A DNA stretch of 64,000 nt from Octopus vulgaris (GCA_951406725.2 OX597817.1:61442001-61506000), one strand, 5' to 3'. Positions 12,292 through 26,659 are shown, counted from the first letter of the stretch. Notes: generated from the sequence alone by a model not told the origin. Made by a program: numbers and translations.

Positions 12292-12600
12292 AAATATGAA
12301 TTAGTTTATATATCAACCTTGTAAAGTCAAGTATATAATGTCAAATACAAATTATACTTCAGAATAAAAATGTCTGTGTTTAAATGTGAAATATAACAAG
12401 AAAAATTCAAATAGTTATCAAAATGGCGATTGATAACTAATCATAGAACCAGCAAAAAAAGGAAGATAGGTATTCAAATTTTTCTTGTTATATTTAAACA
12501 TAGACATTTTTATTCTGAAGTATAATTTTATATCTTATAATTTGTATTTGACATTATATACTTGGCTTTACAAGGTTGATATATAAACTAATTCATATTT
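12292..12600. repeat. Imperfect inverted repeat, ~130-bp arms
   Basis: aaatatgaattagtttatatatcaaccttgtaaag vs ctttacaaggttgatatataaactaattcatattt. Confidence 0.85.
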
Positions 12601-13019
12601 TAAATGTACATACTGCAAAACCAGTGTCTCAAAAACGCGAGCACATGCAAAACACAATTCCTAGCGTCAGCAGAGTCAGCGGACAACCTCTACCAACACC
12701 ACACATACAAACACACACACATACATCCACCACGATATTCAGCACCACCACCACCACTAAGGTTTCGTGGACGATGGTACCTCCACGTAAATATTCTACC
12801 TGTTAGAAATAATGAAATCTAGATATCACACCCATCTTCGAATAGGGTGAACACATGGGATTATGTAATCCTAGATATGATTGGTCCATGAAATGACAGC
12901 CAAATCTTCCTCAAATCACACTCTACCCTCATTATCTCTAAAAACTATCTCCGAAACTATTAAATCCATCCTACCATTGAGTTCACGATTTTCCCAAAAT
13001 TTAGCTCATCTACTTTGCA

Positions 13020-13555
13020 TTCAGCGACAATTATTCATATTCACCAATCTCTACGTTCACTGGTCACGATTATACGTTCACCAATCACTATGCATGTTCA
13101 CTGACACTTACCTTGTGTCCAACGGTTATTACTCGCATTTACGCTCACCGATCACTAATCTAAGTTCATCGATCACAATTTTACGATCACTGATTACTAC
13201 GCTACATTCCCCGATCGCTAATTTAGCTTCACCGATCACTGTTGGAACAGCGAAGTTTGAAGTTCAACGATTACTAATTGATCTCTACTATACGTTCATC
13301 GATCACTCCTCTACGTGCACCGGCCACTACTCTGAGTTCATCGATCACCACTCATATTCACCGATCTTTATTCCGCGTTTACTGATATCTACGCAACGTT
13401 CACCGATCAATACTCTGCTTTCACCAACCATTATTCTACGTTCACCAATGTCTACTCAATGTTCACCGATCACTGTTCTCTATTCACTGACCACTTCTTC
13501 TCTCCGTCCACCAGCAACAACTTTACAGTCACCGACCTTAATTGACCAACGATGA
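13020..13555. repeat. Degenerate 21-bp minisatellite (~CTACGTTCACCGATCACTACT)
   Basis: TTCACCGATCACT recurs at ~21-bp spacing; explains the 7-aa LRSPITx periodicity of ORF 12881-13555. Confidence 0.8.
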
Positions 13556-13753
13556 CCACCAAGACGACCTGTTTCACTAATCTACTGCCTCTTCCCACAG
13601 CACAAATACAAACACTGACCTTAACTCTCCCACACCGCCACAATCCTATTGTACCACTAAATACATCACAACACCAACATTCCAGTCCGCCATCACCTCC
13701 TCGCCATCAGATCATTGCCAAACAATAAACTCACGGCCACCACCACCACCACC

Positions 13754-13787
<34 letters not shown>

Positions 13788-14130
13788 TCACTATACCTTG
13801 CTACCACTACCTACACCACGACATCAACATACTACCCATCGAGAACACCACCACCACCACCATCTTCACCAGACACCCTCTGCACCAACACGACCAACAC
13901 CACCACAACCAACAACAGTACCACCGTAAGCATACCACCACGACCGCCACCACCACTAAAATGCCAACCACACCCTGTCTTCGACACACACCAACCCGTG
14001 TGTGCCTCTAACCAACTTTCTATATCTGCAGTTATTTAAGCGAGTGTGCACTAATAGAGAACGAAGCACATACCGACCTCCTTCTGTTGATATCTGTTAG
14101 CCGAGAAGGGTTTATATAAACTTTAGCAAC

Positions 14131-14171
<41 letters not shown>

Positions 14172-14456
14172 TTTATGCAAATAACTCTAATGTTTATCTG
14201 GCTCTCATATTTTGAGTGCAAACCTACTTACTTTTCAATCTTCACTTACTTGTATTGTGTATACATATAGCAACATATACACAAACACATACACACACAT
14301 CTATACGTGTATAGATTATATACATAGACACGCACATATATATGTATATATCACATGTACGTATACATGTCTATACGCGTGAATTTGTATATTTGCGTGC
14401 TGGTGCTTATTAATATACGCATGAGCATGTATATTTGGATATGTATGTATGAATAT

Positions 14457-14490
<34 letters not shown>

Positions 14491-14491
<1 letters not shown>

Positions 14492-14684
14492 AAGTTAATC
14501 CAAACAAGAAAGCACAAAAAAACACAACAACGCGAGGACGTGGAACAAACATAGTATTATTGGACGCTCAGGAAAGAAGGAAAGAAGGAGGGTTTAACGT
14601 TTCGAGCGGAGCTCTTCGTCGGAAAGATCCAGAGAAGGGAAGACAGAGGAAAAAATCGCCAACGGTACACACGAGGTCACATTT

Positions 14685-14685
<1 letters not shown>
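14491..14685 (-). mobile_element. Penelope pseudo-LTR-like fragment with minimal HHR (14591-14626)
   Basis: Minus: CCGACGA-A-GAGC-TCC-GCTC-GAAACGTT-AAAC; same family as 23375-23575; (TA)n flanks. Confidence 0.65.
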
Positions 14686-14724
<39 letters not shown>

Positions 14725-14848
14725 GGAGTAAGCACATAAATGTGTAACAAGGTGGAAAAAAGAGTACTGAAATACCGGAGGTAGAGTAATATGCTTTATT
14801 TAAAAGCAGCAGAAATATATTGTTATATTTCTACTGCTTTTAAATAAA

Positions 14849-14891
<43 letters not shown>

Positions 14892-14932
14892 TATAAAATA
14901 TATATGTACATATTGTGTACATAGGGATGCAT

Positions 14933-15020
<88 letters not shown>

Positions 15021-15524
15021 TCCATATATATGTGTGTATGTATGCAAGTATTTACACACATACATACACCTATATGTATGGGTGGGTGAGTGATTTTGTT
15101 TTTCCCACATACCAAACGCACATCAGGAAATTTCGCTCCCCAGCAAGCCAATAACTGAATATATTCGGTTGCCCACTGCTCAAAAAATTGATGTTTTCTC
15201 CAGTCTTTCCACATCAAACAGTGTTGAAATCAAATACACTTCCTTCTCAAAAATTCGATTTACCAAACTCTAAGCAAGCATTATGATGGTTTGTATATAT
15301 CTGGTTCTCTGAGAACCGATTCCGTTGGATTCTGAAAGTCAGTAATTACTGTTCATGCAATGTTCCTCCTACACCAACAGGTATATCTGAGACTGTAGGG
15401 CTACACATTTCATCCGCGAAGAGCATAACTTTCTCATTTGTCATTTGTCAATTTGGAAACAGGTATTTGTCATATATCTCATTTGTCAATTTTGGAAAAG
15501 GTATACTAACTGTTCAAGAAGTGG

Positions 15525-16160
15525 AGGGAGCTGAGAGAATCGTAAGCAAGTCGGAGAAAAATACTTAACGGCATTTCTGAGTTGAAATGCCGCCGAGGTC
15601 GTCTTTGCTTTTCAATCTTTCAGGGTCGATAAAATAAGTACTATATGGGTATTGGGGTCGATGCATTCGACTAGCCTTCTTCCCTCAAAATTCAGGTATT
15701 GAGCCTACAGTAGAAAGGGAAAAAATTGGGCTGAAAGGCGAAAGCGGCGAACTGGCAGAAACATTAGCATGCCGGATAAAAATGCTTAGCGGCATTTTTT
15801 CCAGATTTTTTTACCTCTTAGTTCAAGTTCTCCCAGGTCTACTTTGCTTCTCATCCTTTCGGGATCGATAACATAAGGACCAGTTGAGCATTTGAGTTGA
15901 TGTAACTGATTGGCCCACTGCCCAAAACATTTCAAATTTTCTGTACATAGATATTTAAGCTCAAAGCTTAAATCGCAAGTTATGAGATGCAGTGGAGATT
16001 GATTGATATCATCGATCCAGTTCTTGATTGTTACTTCATTTTGTCTACCCCAAAAGAATAAAGGACAAAGTTGACTCTGGCGCGATTCGAACCCAGAATG
16101 TAAAGAGCTGGAGCGAATACTGCTAAGTTTTTTTTTCTTTCCCCAACGCTCGAACGCTTT
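15525..16160. mobile_element. Cluster of three decayed family A SINEs (+, +, -)
   Basis: Core motifs at ~15590-15660, 15840-15890 and reverse at 16010-16100. Confidence 0.65.
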
Positions 16161-16589
16161 TACCACAACTACCGAAATATTTTCTTTCCATTATAAACTG
16201 TATTTGCTTTCCTTCCCTTATAAATCTCTTTTTCGTTCTCTTATTAATTTCCTTTTTTATTTCCCTATAAACCAAAAGTATTCTATTTTGCTTTCCTCTC
16301 AATTTCCTTTCACTCCCTCCTATAAATTTCATTTAGTCTCTTAATTTCCGTTTCCGTCCCCTATATCTGTATTTTTAAATTTTATTTTCGTTTATCCTAT
16401 ACATTCTATTCCTCTCCACTAGGAATTCATATTTTCCTACTCTAAATTATTATCTGTCTCTTAAACATATTTTTAAAATTTATATAGAGAGAGAGGGAGA
16501 GAGAGAGAGATAGAGAAAGAGAGAGAGAGTCAGACAGACGGATGGAGAAAGCACTTTATATATACGGAGAAAGTACTTATATATATACT

Positions 16590-16626
<37 letters not shown>

Positions 16627-16630
<4 letters not shown>

Positions 16631-17775
16631 GTCCATGAAGTGGGGAGCAGAGCAGATGCTAAAGAATACAGGCCCCTCTCTCTGACCTCACATGTTAGCA
16701 AGACAATGGAACGCATTGTCAGAAAAAGGTTGATCACGTTCCTAGAAGAGAATAACTTTCTCACAAACACGCAACATGGCTTCTGTCCAAGAAGGAGCTG
16801 CTGCAGCACTCTGACTGGGTACTGAAACAACAGCTAAACCAGTCAGCTCTAGACGTAATATATCTCGACTTTGCCAAGGCCTTCGACAAGGTTGATCATG
16901 GCATGATATGTCACAAGCTGCGGAACCTTGGTATTACTTGGAAACTGGGAGAGTGGCTGCATGACTTTCTGAAGGTTAGGAGTGGTAGCCAATGACGCTC
17001 ACTCTGAAGAGACACCAATTCTCAGCGGAGTGCCACTACTATTTGTGGTGGCCCTCTCAGACATGCCCTCTGCAGTACTGTCAGTACACAAATGTATCGC
17101 AGGCAGTTAGGAACCCAGAGGACATCATAAAACTTCAGAAAGACTTGAATGAAATACACAAATGGGCTAAAAAAATAACATGCAGTTCAATGCTATGAAA
17201 TTTTCAGGCACTCCACTATCGGTCCAACACCAGGCTAAAATCAGAATACACCTGACCAAAAGGTAATACGATGCCGGAGTCAGGGTCGGTGCGTGACCTG
17301 GAGGTTCACATGAGCAATGATGTAACATTCCATGTGCATATTACCAAGACAGCAACACTGTGCACAACCAAGAAATGTGAGGCCTTGCTACGCCTACGGA
17401 GGACTTTCGTCCTCAGGCACTTGGACTACTGCTCCCAACTATGGTCCCCAGAGAGTGTGAAACAAACTGTGGAACTTGAAGCAATCCAGTGCCAACACAC
17501 AAAGAAGATTGACTCGATGCAAAAGACGGGTTACTGGGAGAGGCTGAAGGAGCTGAATCTCTATCTATTCCCTGGAGAGAAGACGAGGGAGATATGTAGT
17601 GCTATATATTTGGAAGATCTTGGAGGGTTTAGCTCCCAATTTTGGAATTGACAGCTATACCAATCCTCAACAGCACTGCATCATACCAAAGATCCTGCTT
17701 CCCCCATCTAAAATAAGGACACAGTACTGCAATAGTCTGGGTTTCAAGGACCCGCAATTGTTCAGCATCCTGGTC
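16627..17775 (+). mobile_element. Decayed 5'-truncated CR1-group LINE
   Basis: [53 protein letters not shown]; starts right after (TA)n. Confidence 0.85.
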
Positions 17776-19078
17776 AGTCAGTCAGACGATGAAAATTCCA
17801 ACAATTACTGAAACTAATTTGCAGCTGAGTGAATTACAGCAACATGAAATGAAATATTTTGCTCAAAAATACAGTGTCTTTGCCCGCTCCAGGTATTGAA
17901 ACCCCGATCTTACAATAACCAGCAGATCACGCGCCTTCATAGATTCAAGATGGATCAAATACAGAGACAACTTCGCTTTTCCGGAAGCTTTGATACCAAA
18001 GTTAGGGATAGTCACCATACGCCAAATTAAATATTAAATTTACTTAAATAATTCAATGAAATACAAGCACCTGTGCAATAGCGTTAATTAATGCGGATTA
18101 TAAGAGGATTCAGGCCCATCAGTGTCCGGAAGGTCGGTGTTGTACGTATGTGTACCTTATCATCTCCCAGTGATAAGTGGAATCTCGCAACGGAGTCAGC
18201 GAGCAGCAGGAGTAATCTTCGGAGGTAGAACTCCCGTCCAGCAAATTTTCGGCCTGTTGCTTCCTCTAAGAAACCTGGCCTCACCGAGGTCATGACTTCC
18301 AAGTGTCTTTCTGCAGATTTTGAAATGCCTCCTTTATTGGGAAATTGGGAACTGACCCCGGAACATTCGAGTGGTCTTCTTTCCCTAACCTGTGATATAT
18401 ATATATATATACCTCTCGGTCACAAAGCTCACTACAAGAACTGTATGTCTGTTTCTACCTGTATTTCAACTCGGAAGGTAAAGAGCCGTGCTTCAATCAG
18501 ACAAATGATATTATCAGGTGCTCTACATACAATGTAATCAACACTGCAAGATTATCTTACCTGATAACAGACACCTATTTCATTAGAATTCGCCCATCGC
18601 AGACAAAATCGTTGAAAAATATTTGCCGAGGAAAAAAATTGTAAAAATATCAATGTTTATTCTTGATATACTTCTATATATATATTTTTTTTTTGCCAAT
18701 GTGATCTTCTCAAAAGGTAAAGAGTTGAAAACGCTCCATTACCATGGAGCCGCAGGGCGAGGAGGGCGGAGGGGAAGGGCGATTTCACTAACACATTACG
18801 ACTAAAGTAAATAAATTTATCATAACGAAAATATTTAAAATAGAAACCTGTGTGTATAGGTGTATATGTATACATGTACTTATATATTTTTGTATGTGTG
18901 TATCCGTATGTATGTGTGTGTGCACGCGCAGGTATATATACATATGTGTGTGTATGTACACTCACACATATATATACATATATTTATACACACATACACG
19001 TATATATGTGTGTGTATGTATGTATGTGTGTATATATATATGTATATATATATATGTATATGTATATATATATATATT

Positions 19079-19110
<32 letters not shown>

Positions 19111-19136
19111 TGTATAAATATATGTATATATATATT

Positions 19137-19184
<48 letters not shown>

Positions 19185-19301
19185 TATATATATATATAAT
19201 AATAATTGATAGATAAATGTATATATACACAAACATGCACGTATTTACATATATGTGCATATGTGTTTATATACATACATGTTTGTTTATATAATGCATA
19301 C

Positions 19302-19338
<37 letters not shown>

Positions 19339-19559
19339 GTTGCTGAGTGTATTTTCTTCAACATGTATCATTAAAAGACAGCCATGCTCAAGTTTCGCCA
19401 TATTTTCATTAAGGGTTCCGTTCCCATTTCCTTATTTGTCCTTTATATTTCGTTCAAGACAAAAAGTTGATACAATCATGGAGGTTTCAAGTCTTGAGAA
19501 TTTTAACTTCTGGTTGGAATGCTTATGAAATAGTATTTGCTGTTTCTGTCTATAACCAT

Positions 19560-19604
<45 letters not shown>

Positions 19605-19734
19605 CACTTGTTACCTTTAGATCTAGTTATAAAAATGTAGTATTTAATTTTGGTTTACAAGTCCAATGTTTTATATAAACTATCATTTATGATTATAAAC
19701 AATTGTTTATTAATATATATATATATATTCTTTA

Positions 19735-19950
19735 AGGCGGCAAGCTGGCAGAAACGTTAGCACGCTGGGCGAATTGCTTAGCGATATTTCGTTTGTCTTT
19801 ACATTATGAGTTCAAATTCCGCCGAGGTCGACTTTGCCGTTCATCTTTTCGGGGTCCATAAATTAAGTACCAGTTGCATACAGGGGTCGATCTAATCGAC
19901 TAGCATCCCTCACCTAAAATTTCGGGCCTTATACCTCGAGTAGAAAAGAA
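19735..19950 (+). mobile_element. SINE family A
   Basis: GGCGGCAAGCTGGCAGAAACGTTAGC...GAGTTCAAATTCC...AAGTACCAG. Confidence 0.85.
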
Positions 19951-19959
19951 TATATATGT

Positions 19960-20108
19960 TCTTTTACTTGTTGCAATCATTTTGACTGTTGCCATGCTGG
20001 AGTACCGCCTTTTTTTAGTCGAAGAAATCAACCCCTGGAGTTATTCTTTGGAGGCCTGATACTTATTCTATCGGGCTCTTTTGCCGAACCGCTAATTTAC
20101 GGGGACGT
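19960..20108 (-). mobile_element. SINE family B, 3' part
   Basis: Matches 26660-26812. Confidence 0.75.
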
Positions 20109-20214
20109 ATGTAATATGATTTTCCTGAATCTTCAGATTTTAATATGCTAGACCACTGGTTTTAAATTGATATTAATCAAATTAATATTCAATTTTTCAC
20201 CCTTATTATTTTAA

Positions 20215-20265
<51 letters not shown>

Positions 20266-20326
20266 GATAAACAATTTTATCAATGGCCAGCATATTAAAA
20301 AAATACCTTTAAAGGTTAAATTTTAT

Positions 20327-20545
20327 AAACAACTTATAAACAAGGGCAAAAGAAAAAATTCCAATACCAAATATGCCGAAATATAGACTTAATTGTCAAT
20401 AACCATATAATTTATCACTATAAATTATATTAAATTCGAGACACGTGCTCATAGTGATAAATTATATGGTTATTGACAATTAAGTCTATATTTCAGCATA
20501 TTTGGCATAGGAATTTTTTCTTTTACCCTTGTTTATAAGTTGTAT
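20327..20545. repeat. Fold-back inverted repeat between (TA)n tracts
   Basis: atagacttaattgtcaataaccatataatttatcactat vs atagtgataaattatatggttattgacaattaagtctat. Confidence 0.9.
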
Positions 20546-20580
20546 ATATATATATATAATCAAATAAATAATAACAAACA

Positions 20581-20972
20581 ATGGATAAATGTCTGTTCAT
20601 TACAGCTGCTGACACATTTTTAAATAGATGAATGAATACATTACATCATAGCAAAAAAAAACCTTTTCATCAGGCTATATATATAGAATTTCAAACAATA
20701 GAAGAACAATCCATGACCACCGTGGGTACACACCTAGACCCCAGTCCAAGATGGCCTGGAATGAGAGAAGAAACATAACCTCTCTCATTCCAGGCCATCT
20801 TGGACTGGGGTCTAGGTGTGTACCCACGGTGGTCATGGATTGTTTTTTTATTGTTTGAAATCCAATGTATCGCCTGATGAAAAGGGTTGTTATTTTTTTT
20901 TGCTATGATGTAATGTACTCATTCATCTATTACAAAATGTGTCAAAAGCAGCTGTAATGAACAGGCATCCAT
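20581..20972. repeat. Long fold-back inverted repeat (~190-bp arms)
   Basis: Inner arms 20706-20768 / 20781-20843 perfect, 12-nt loop; outer arms diverged. Confidence 0.9.
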
Positions 20973-21499
20973 CGTTCTTTATGCCCATGATACAGCAAAA
21001 GGGATACCCGACCCGTCGGACATCCTGGTGTATGCCAAATACCGTAGGGCCAATACAACGTACGCTTTGGCCTGACCCTTAATCGTTGAAAACTCGTAAG
21101 GGTTAAATTCTCTGTACACGTAACCTGAATATTTCTCTGGGTGTAATTCAGTATCCATGATATTTATTCGACTAAAGATGGTGCTTACAAGTTAATTCGA
21201 CCTGCTGCCTATCATTTAAGTAACTGATTCTCTCCCGAATCCTTAATATTATATATAATGTGTGTGTGCGCGTGTGTGTGTGTGTAGTGGAGAAATTGTA
21301 TAAATGTATGAATGGATGATGAGTAAAGCACTGGAACAGTTTCGATTACCTGTTGTTATCCGTAGATTTATTGCAGGAACTTAGTAGTGGTGGTTGGAGT
21401 AAGAGTATTATTAAAATAGGAGATGGAATGTGCAATAGACTTTGTTTGTTTGTATGTATGTATGTTCTCTTCTGTTTTTAATTATTTAAATTCTTCCTC

Positions 21500-22110
21500 T
21501 GAGGAAGCAGCTGGTTTCTAACAAGATTCAAAGCTTCATTGTTGGAATGGAGATAACAAAAACCACGTCACATTTTAAAGTTGGGAAAAGTCTTACATAT
21601 TTTTATTCTACCATTTACAGATTGTGGTTGTAATGGGCGTGTTAGGTGGCTGATTTCTTTTTCTGAAAACTTATCTAGATTGTCGCTCAGGTATTTTTCT
21701 CATGAAACCAAGTGCACCAATTATTATTGATATAAATGTATATTTGCAATCAGGATATAGAAGCTGGAGGTTTCGACGCAGTTCTTCAGGGTTATCCTCT
21801 CTTTGATTTTCAAAGAGATATTCACATCAGCAGGACAGCTGACCTCTTTGACGGTACATACTTTTCCTTGTCTCTCCCAAACAACAATATCCAGCCTGTT
21901 ATACTTATACTTGACAAACATTTGGATGGGAATGTTCCACCAGTATTACTTCTGCTGGTATTTGAGAGAGGGATTCTCTATATCTATTCCAGGACGGTTT
22001 TTTTTTTTCGAATGGCATTGTATATTGTTTTTGCGACACAGTAGTGCCACATAGGGAGGTAGTGATGACATTTTGGGGCAGTTGCTAATCATATGTGTGA
22101 TAACTTCAAC
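21500..22110 (-). mobile_element. R4/Dong-type LINE RLE fragment
   Basis: KYNRLDIVVWERQGKVCTVKEVSCPADVN, related to 235-870. Confidence 0.7.
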
Positions 22111-22384
22111 AGAAATATAAAATCTACATTTTCGCTTTTAGGTTTTTTTGACAGACACAGCATAGAAACTGGTCATCCAGAATGAAATTGCAATAGTTCA
22201 CGTCTGCTTTGCCTACATGTGTCAGGTCGTTCCTGAGTGCTTCTGGTAACGTATAACCCGGTACAAAATGTTGCCTGGTCGGGTCATCGATGACTAAAGC
22301 GGCAACCATTGCTTGATTGGTGATGAGAGTTATATTTCGAGAGAGTCAACAGCTACCTAAATGTGTGTATGTGTATGTGTGTGT

Positions 22385-22440
<56 letters not shown>

Positions 22441-22537
22441 TGTGTGGCTGTGTGTGGATGTGTGTAGATATAATTTTAGCCTTCCGACATTTTGACTTCT
22501 AATAATTTTTTTAAAAATTATCTTTTGTGTTTGTTAT

Positions 22538-22634
<97 letters not shown>

Positions 22635-22699
22635 ATGTATGTATATTGTTCATCTCATAAGAAATCGAGGCACTACGAACTTCGTCCGTTGATACTTTC

Positions 22700-23090
22700 G
22701 ACTCATGAATTCTTTAACATTCTGTAGAGTCATTTAAAACGCCCCTCCTTTTAACACCTTTGTCTTTTGGATTTCAAACGGTCCACGTGGAATATCGCAA
22801 CACAATATATGCTATCAGTTCGCCTTACAATGTTTTTTAGCACATCAAACAATGCCTGAAACTCTGAAATAAGCTCAAAGTGTTCCAGATATACATGCAG
22901 CGAAATCACGTCGTGCCCGAATAAGACCACTTCTGATACCCAGTAAATCCGTGGAAACGTTCCAAGAATCGAGAAGGATTTTGTGCGAGAATTTGTTTTG
23001 AGTTGATGAATTGTCGCCCAGCACTGAACCGACTTTCCAACTCAATCTGCTGCAAACGCCAGTGACAAATCAAAAGTTGAGACGAACTCA
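22700..23090 (-). mobile_element. Possible highly decayed Tc1/mariner transposase remnant
   Basis: Weak resemblance to the mariner C-terminus (YIWNTL...KGGAF); many disruptions. Confidence 0.25.
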
Positions 23091-23374
23091 AACTAATTGT
23101 ACTTCAGACCTTTTTTTTTTCTTTTTCATATGTGTACTTATGTTCTACAAGGAAGTTCTGACTAGAAGTAGAAGACATTCACTCTCAATTAATCACATGC
23201 TAATTAATCGATAAAGGGGACCCTAACAGAACTACTACTCCGGGTCAGAATAGATCTAGGAACAACAGTGGTTAAGAGGTGGTTCCACACTGCTCAAAAC
23301 TCAGGAACTCCCCTATCTGGGCCCCACTACTGGATGCAGTTTAGTCACACCCAGGACTATATATATATGGTTAC

Positions 23375-23672
23375 TCCAAATCAGAACAAAGAGAAAACAC
23401 AACAACGCGATGACGTGGAACAAGTATAGTGTTATTGGACGCTCAGGAAAGGAAAGAAGGAAGGAGGATTTAACGTTTCGAGCGGAGCTCTTCGTCAGAA
23501 ACATAGAAAAAGGAAAGGCCCAAGGAAGGGAAGATGGAGAAAGAAAAGCGCCAACAATACACACGCGATCACACACACATATATATGTTGAATCGTTAGC
23601 TCCTGCACGCATTTTTTTCTCTCCTTGTTTCTTTTCTGTGTATCTTTCTGTCGAAGAGCGTAGGCTCGAAAC
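23375..23672. mobile_element. Two Penelope pseudo-LTR-like fragments in opposite orientation, each with a minimal HHR
   Basis: Minus 23467-23502 CTGACGA-AGAGCTCCGCTC-GAAACGTT; plus 23643-23672 CTGTCGA-AGAGCGTAGGCTC-GAAAC (truncated). Confidence 0.65.
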
Positions 23673-23997
23673 CTTCATACTCAAATTCCTTTGCGTGACC
23701 TTGATACGCGTAGGCTGGGATGTCCTGCTGGTCATATGCAATTTCACACGACCTTTGCACACAATTTATTTATTTTACACAAAGGATAGATACTCTGAGT
23801 CACAAGTGAAGGACAATATATTTTGGCGTTTCACCGTTTGATCCCAGCTTTCATACAGGTACTGGACTTTGTACTCAGCAGTCATTCGAAAAATTATTGG
23901 AATAAATGATTAGAGAAATAACTTGGATAATTCAAAGCATTTAAAGTCGGATCTTCAGATTTCTCTTTTCAGTCCCAACGCATATAACTAATTCTTA

Positions 23998-24838
23998 AAG
24001 CAGCAAGCTGGCAGACTTGTTGGCACGTCGGCACAAAATGCCTAGCGGCACTTCTTTTGCTTTACGTTCCGAATTCAAATGCCACCGTCGTCGACTTTTG
24101 CCTTTCATCCTTTCGTGGGGGGGGGGATAAAATAAATACAAGTTGAACACTTGGGTCGACGCACCTGTCTAGCTTCCTTCCCGAAAAGTTTAGACCGGAT
24201 TATTTAGAAAAGATTTTTATTAACAATTATTTCAAATTCTAGCACAAGGCCAGCAATGTTGATAACATTGACGCAAGTACTTGGCTGGTACTTTATTTTC
24301 ACCCTCTGAAAGAATGAGGTACAAAGTCGACCTCAAAAGATTCTAAACTCAGAAGAGGAGCCGGAAGAAATAACGCCAAGTAGTTTATCCGGTGTGTTAA
24401 CGACTCTGCCAGCTTAGAGTCTTGTTTTTGTAAATAATAATCTTTCTTTTGATTTTGGCACAGGGCCAGCAATTTTGGGGGTGGGGATTATTTTATTACA
24501 TGACCCCAGTATTCAACTGGTACTTATTTTTTCGGCCCCGAAAGGATGAAAGGCAAAGTCGACCTCGGCGGAATTTGAACTCAGAACATAGCGGCAGACG
24601 AAATACCTATTTCTTTACTACCCAGAAGGGGCTAAACACAGAGGGGACAAACAAGGACAGACAAACGGATTAAGTCGATTACATCGACCCAATGCGTAAC
24701 TGGTACTTAATTTATCGACCCCGAAAGGTTGAAAGGCAAAGTCGACCTCGGCGGAATTTGAACTCAGAACGTAACGGCAGACGAAATACGGCTACGCATT
24801 TCGCCCGGCATGCTAGCGATTCTGCCAGCTCGCTGCCT
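23998..24838. mobile_element. Family A SINE cluster (+ 23998-24200; - 24240-24415; - composite 24455-24838)
   Basis: Repeated GAAAGGCAAAGTCGACCTCGGCGGAATTTGAACTCAGAAC. Confidence 0.8.
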
Positions 24839-25737
24839 TATTCTTATACGTTTAACATGGTTACATGTCGGAATAGAAGAAAAACCTGAAGTCCCTGGTT
24901 TAAATATCGGTAACGATTCTGCCAGCTCATCGCCTTTTTCTGTGTTAACTAAACTTGCTTTCGAGAACACGTTTCCATTATTTCGTCCAACCGGTTCCCT
25001 TACGAGATTCATGTCCAGGCGAGCGTCAGTGAAAGTCGTCGTCGTTTATCGTAAACATCGATGACGCTAAAACGAAAGTCTTCCCAATGTTGTTGTGGAA
25101 GTGGGGTTTTTTATATAATTTTATTTTTACTCTGTCAGTTGAAAACTAGAGGTACAACATCTTGTCAATGTTTTATAGAGAGATACAGACAAGACATAAA
25201 ATGAAAATCAAAAAATATTAACGAAAAGCTAATTCAGTCCTATGAATAGATGAAAAAAATGGCATTAAATATTTATTTGGTGGGAGGGGGGGGAAAAGAC
25301 CTAGTAAACATTTTTTTTTTATTTCTAAATGTACCATAATGTCTTGAAACTATCAAAATTCTATTTTCGACCACACGGAATAGATTATTCTGGAATAAAT
25401 GGCGCAGTACTTAACTTTTTGAGCAGATGAAAGAGTGTGCACTTTGAGATTGAACCAAGATAGATAATCATTAGTGAAGGCTCATTAGCCATTGCTTGTA
25501 TCGGATTTATTATTGGTTGGTGTCAGTTAGGGAAACGGTGTTAATAATCTCTGTCAATATATATTCCAAGCTTTTGGAATCATTTTTTTTATTTATACCA
25601 ACTTGTATTTTTCTTATTTTCTTTTTTTTTGCACCTACTTTATCATGTTTTATCTTCTTAATAGATCTAACAGACAATCAAACCGAACGATAAAATTTCA
25701 TTGGTTTCAGTTTATTTTTAGTTGCATGTTTTTTTGG

Positions 25738-25821
<84 letters not shown>

Positions 25822-26212
25822 AGGTATAAGTTTAAGAGTGTTGCTAATAGGTAGACTGACAGACACATATACATACATGTATGTATTGGTTTGTTACACA
25901 GAACTTTGGCTTTGACTAAAGGAGCACCAACACCAATTTATGCGCCGACAACTACCATTTCTACTTCTAATGATGTCTACAGTTTTTGTTTTTGCTACTA
26001 TTACGGCAAAACCACAAAAATTTTAGGTTTTTTGTTTTCTTTTTTACAAGATAAACCGATGTTTTGCAGACGTGAAAGAATGAGATTGTGATTTCTACTT
26101 GAAATGGGAAATATATCAATAGGGGTCAAAGGGCATCGACCGTTCTACAATACAGATCGCTTCTGCTGATTGAAGAAATAAGCATTTTATTTTAAAAGGG
26201 GGCCATGAGGTT

Positions 26213-26305
26213 CTCATAGTAGCTCAGTTGGAGGAGCAGAGGACTGTGGCCATGATATATAACGTCTTTATTCTAAGGTCGATGGATCGAATCCATCTGA
26301 TGCAG
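26213..26305 (+). pseudogene. Intron-containing tRNA-Tyr-like pseudogene (anticodon reads GTG)
   Basis: TAGCTCAGTTGGAGGAGC-A-GAGGACTGTGG-[~20-nt intron]-ATTCTAAGGTC-GATGG-ATCGAAT-CCATC; weak acceptor stem; TTTT downstream. Confidence 0.65.
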
Positions 26306-26659
26306 TTCAATTTTGTCTTTGGACGCGAGTTATGAAGCTTGCTTTACAACCGCCCCGTTTCAGGTTCAATGCCAATGTGCGACATTTGATGTCCCTGGGC
26401 CGACCAATGCACTAAGAGTGTGGAAGCTCCATTGTGTATATATGTGTTTGTATGTACACCACTCGTCAACCGGTGTTGATTTGTTTACGTTCCCGCAACT
26501 TAGCTATTCGGTCGACAGAAAGGAAACCGATACAATAATTACCAGTCTTAGAATAAGTACTGCGGTTCATTTGGCGGCAGTTCATTGACTAACAAGTAAA
26601 AATAAGTTGTGTGTTTATAAGGAATGAAAATACGATTCTTTGTTCCAGTTATTTGCCGT

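Noticed and set aside
12881-13555. 224-aa ORF with LRSPIT repeats
   Set aside because: Product of a degenerate 21-bp minisatellite; TTG start, no splice or domain support.
13020-13555. Regular short repeats as a possible CRISPR array
   Set aside because: No unique spacers, degenerate head-to-tail units, eukaryotic context, no cas genes.
20852-20886. TTT-GAAA-TCCAATGTA-TC-GC-CTGATGA-AAAG as a type II HHR
   Set aside because: Essentially no stem I and a mismatched stem III; not supportable without a family consensus.
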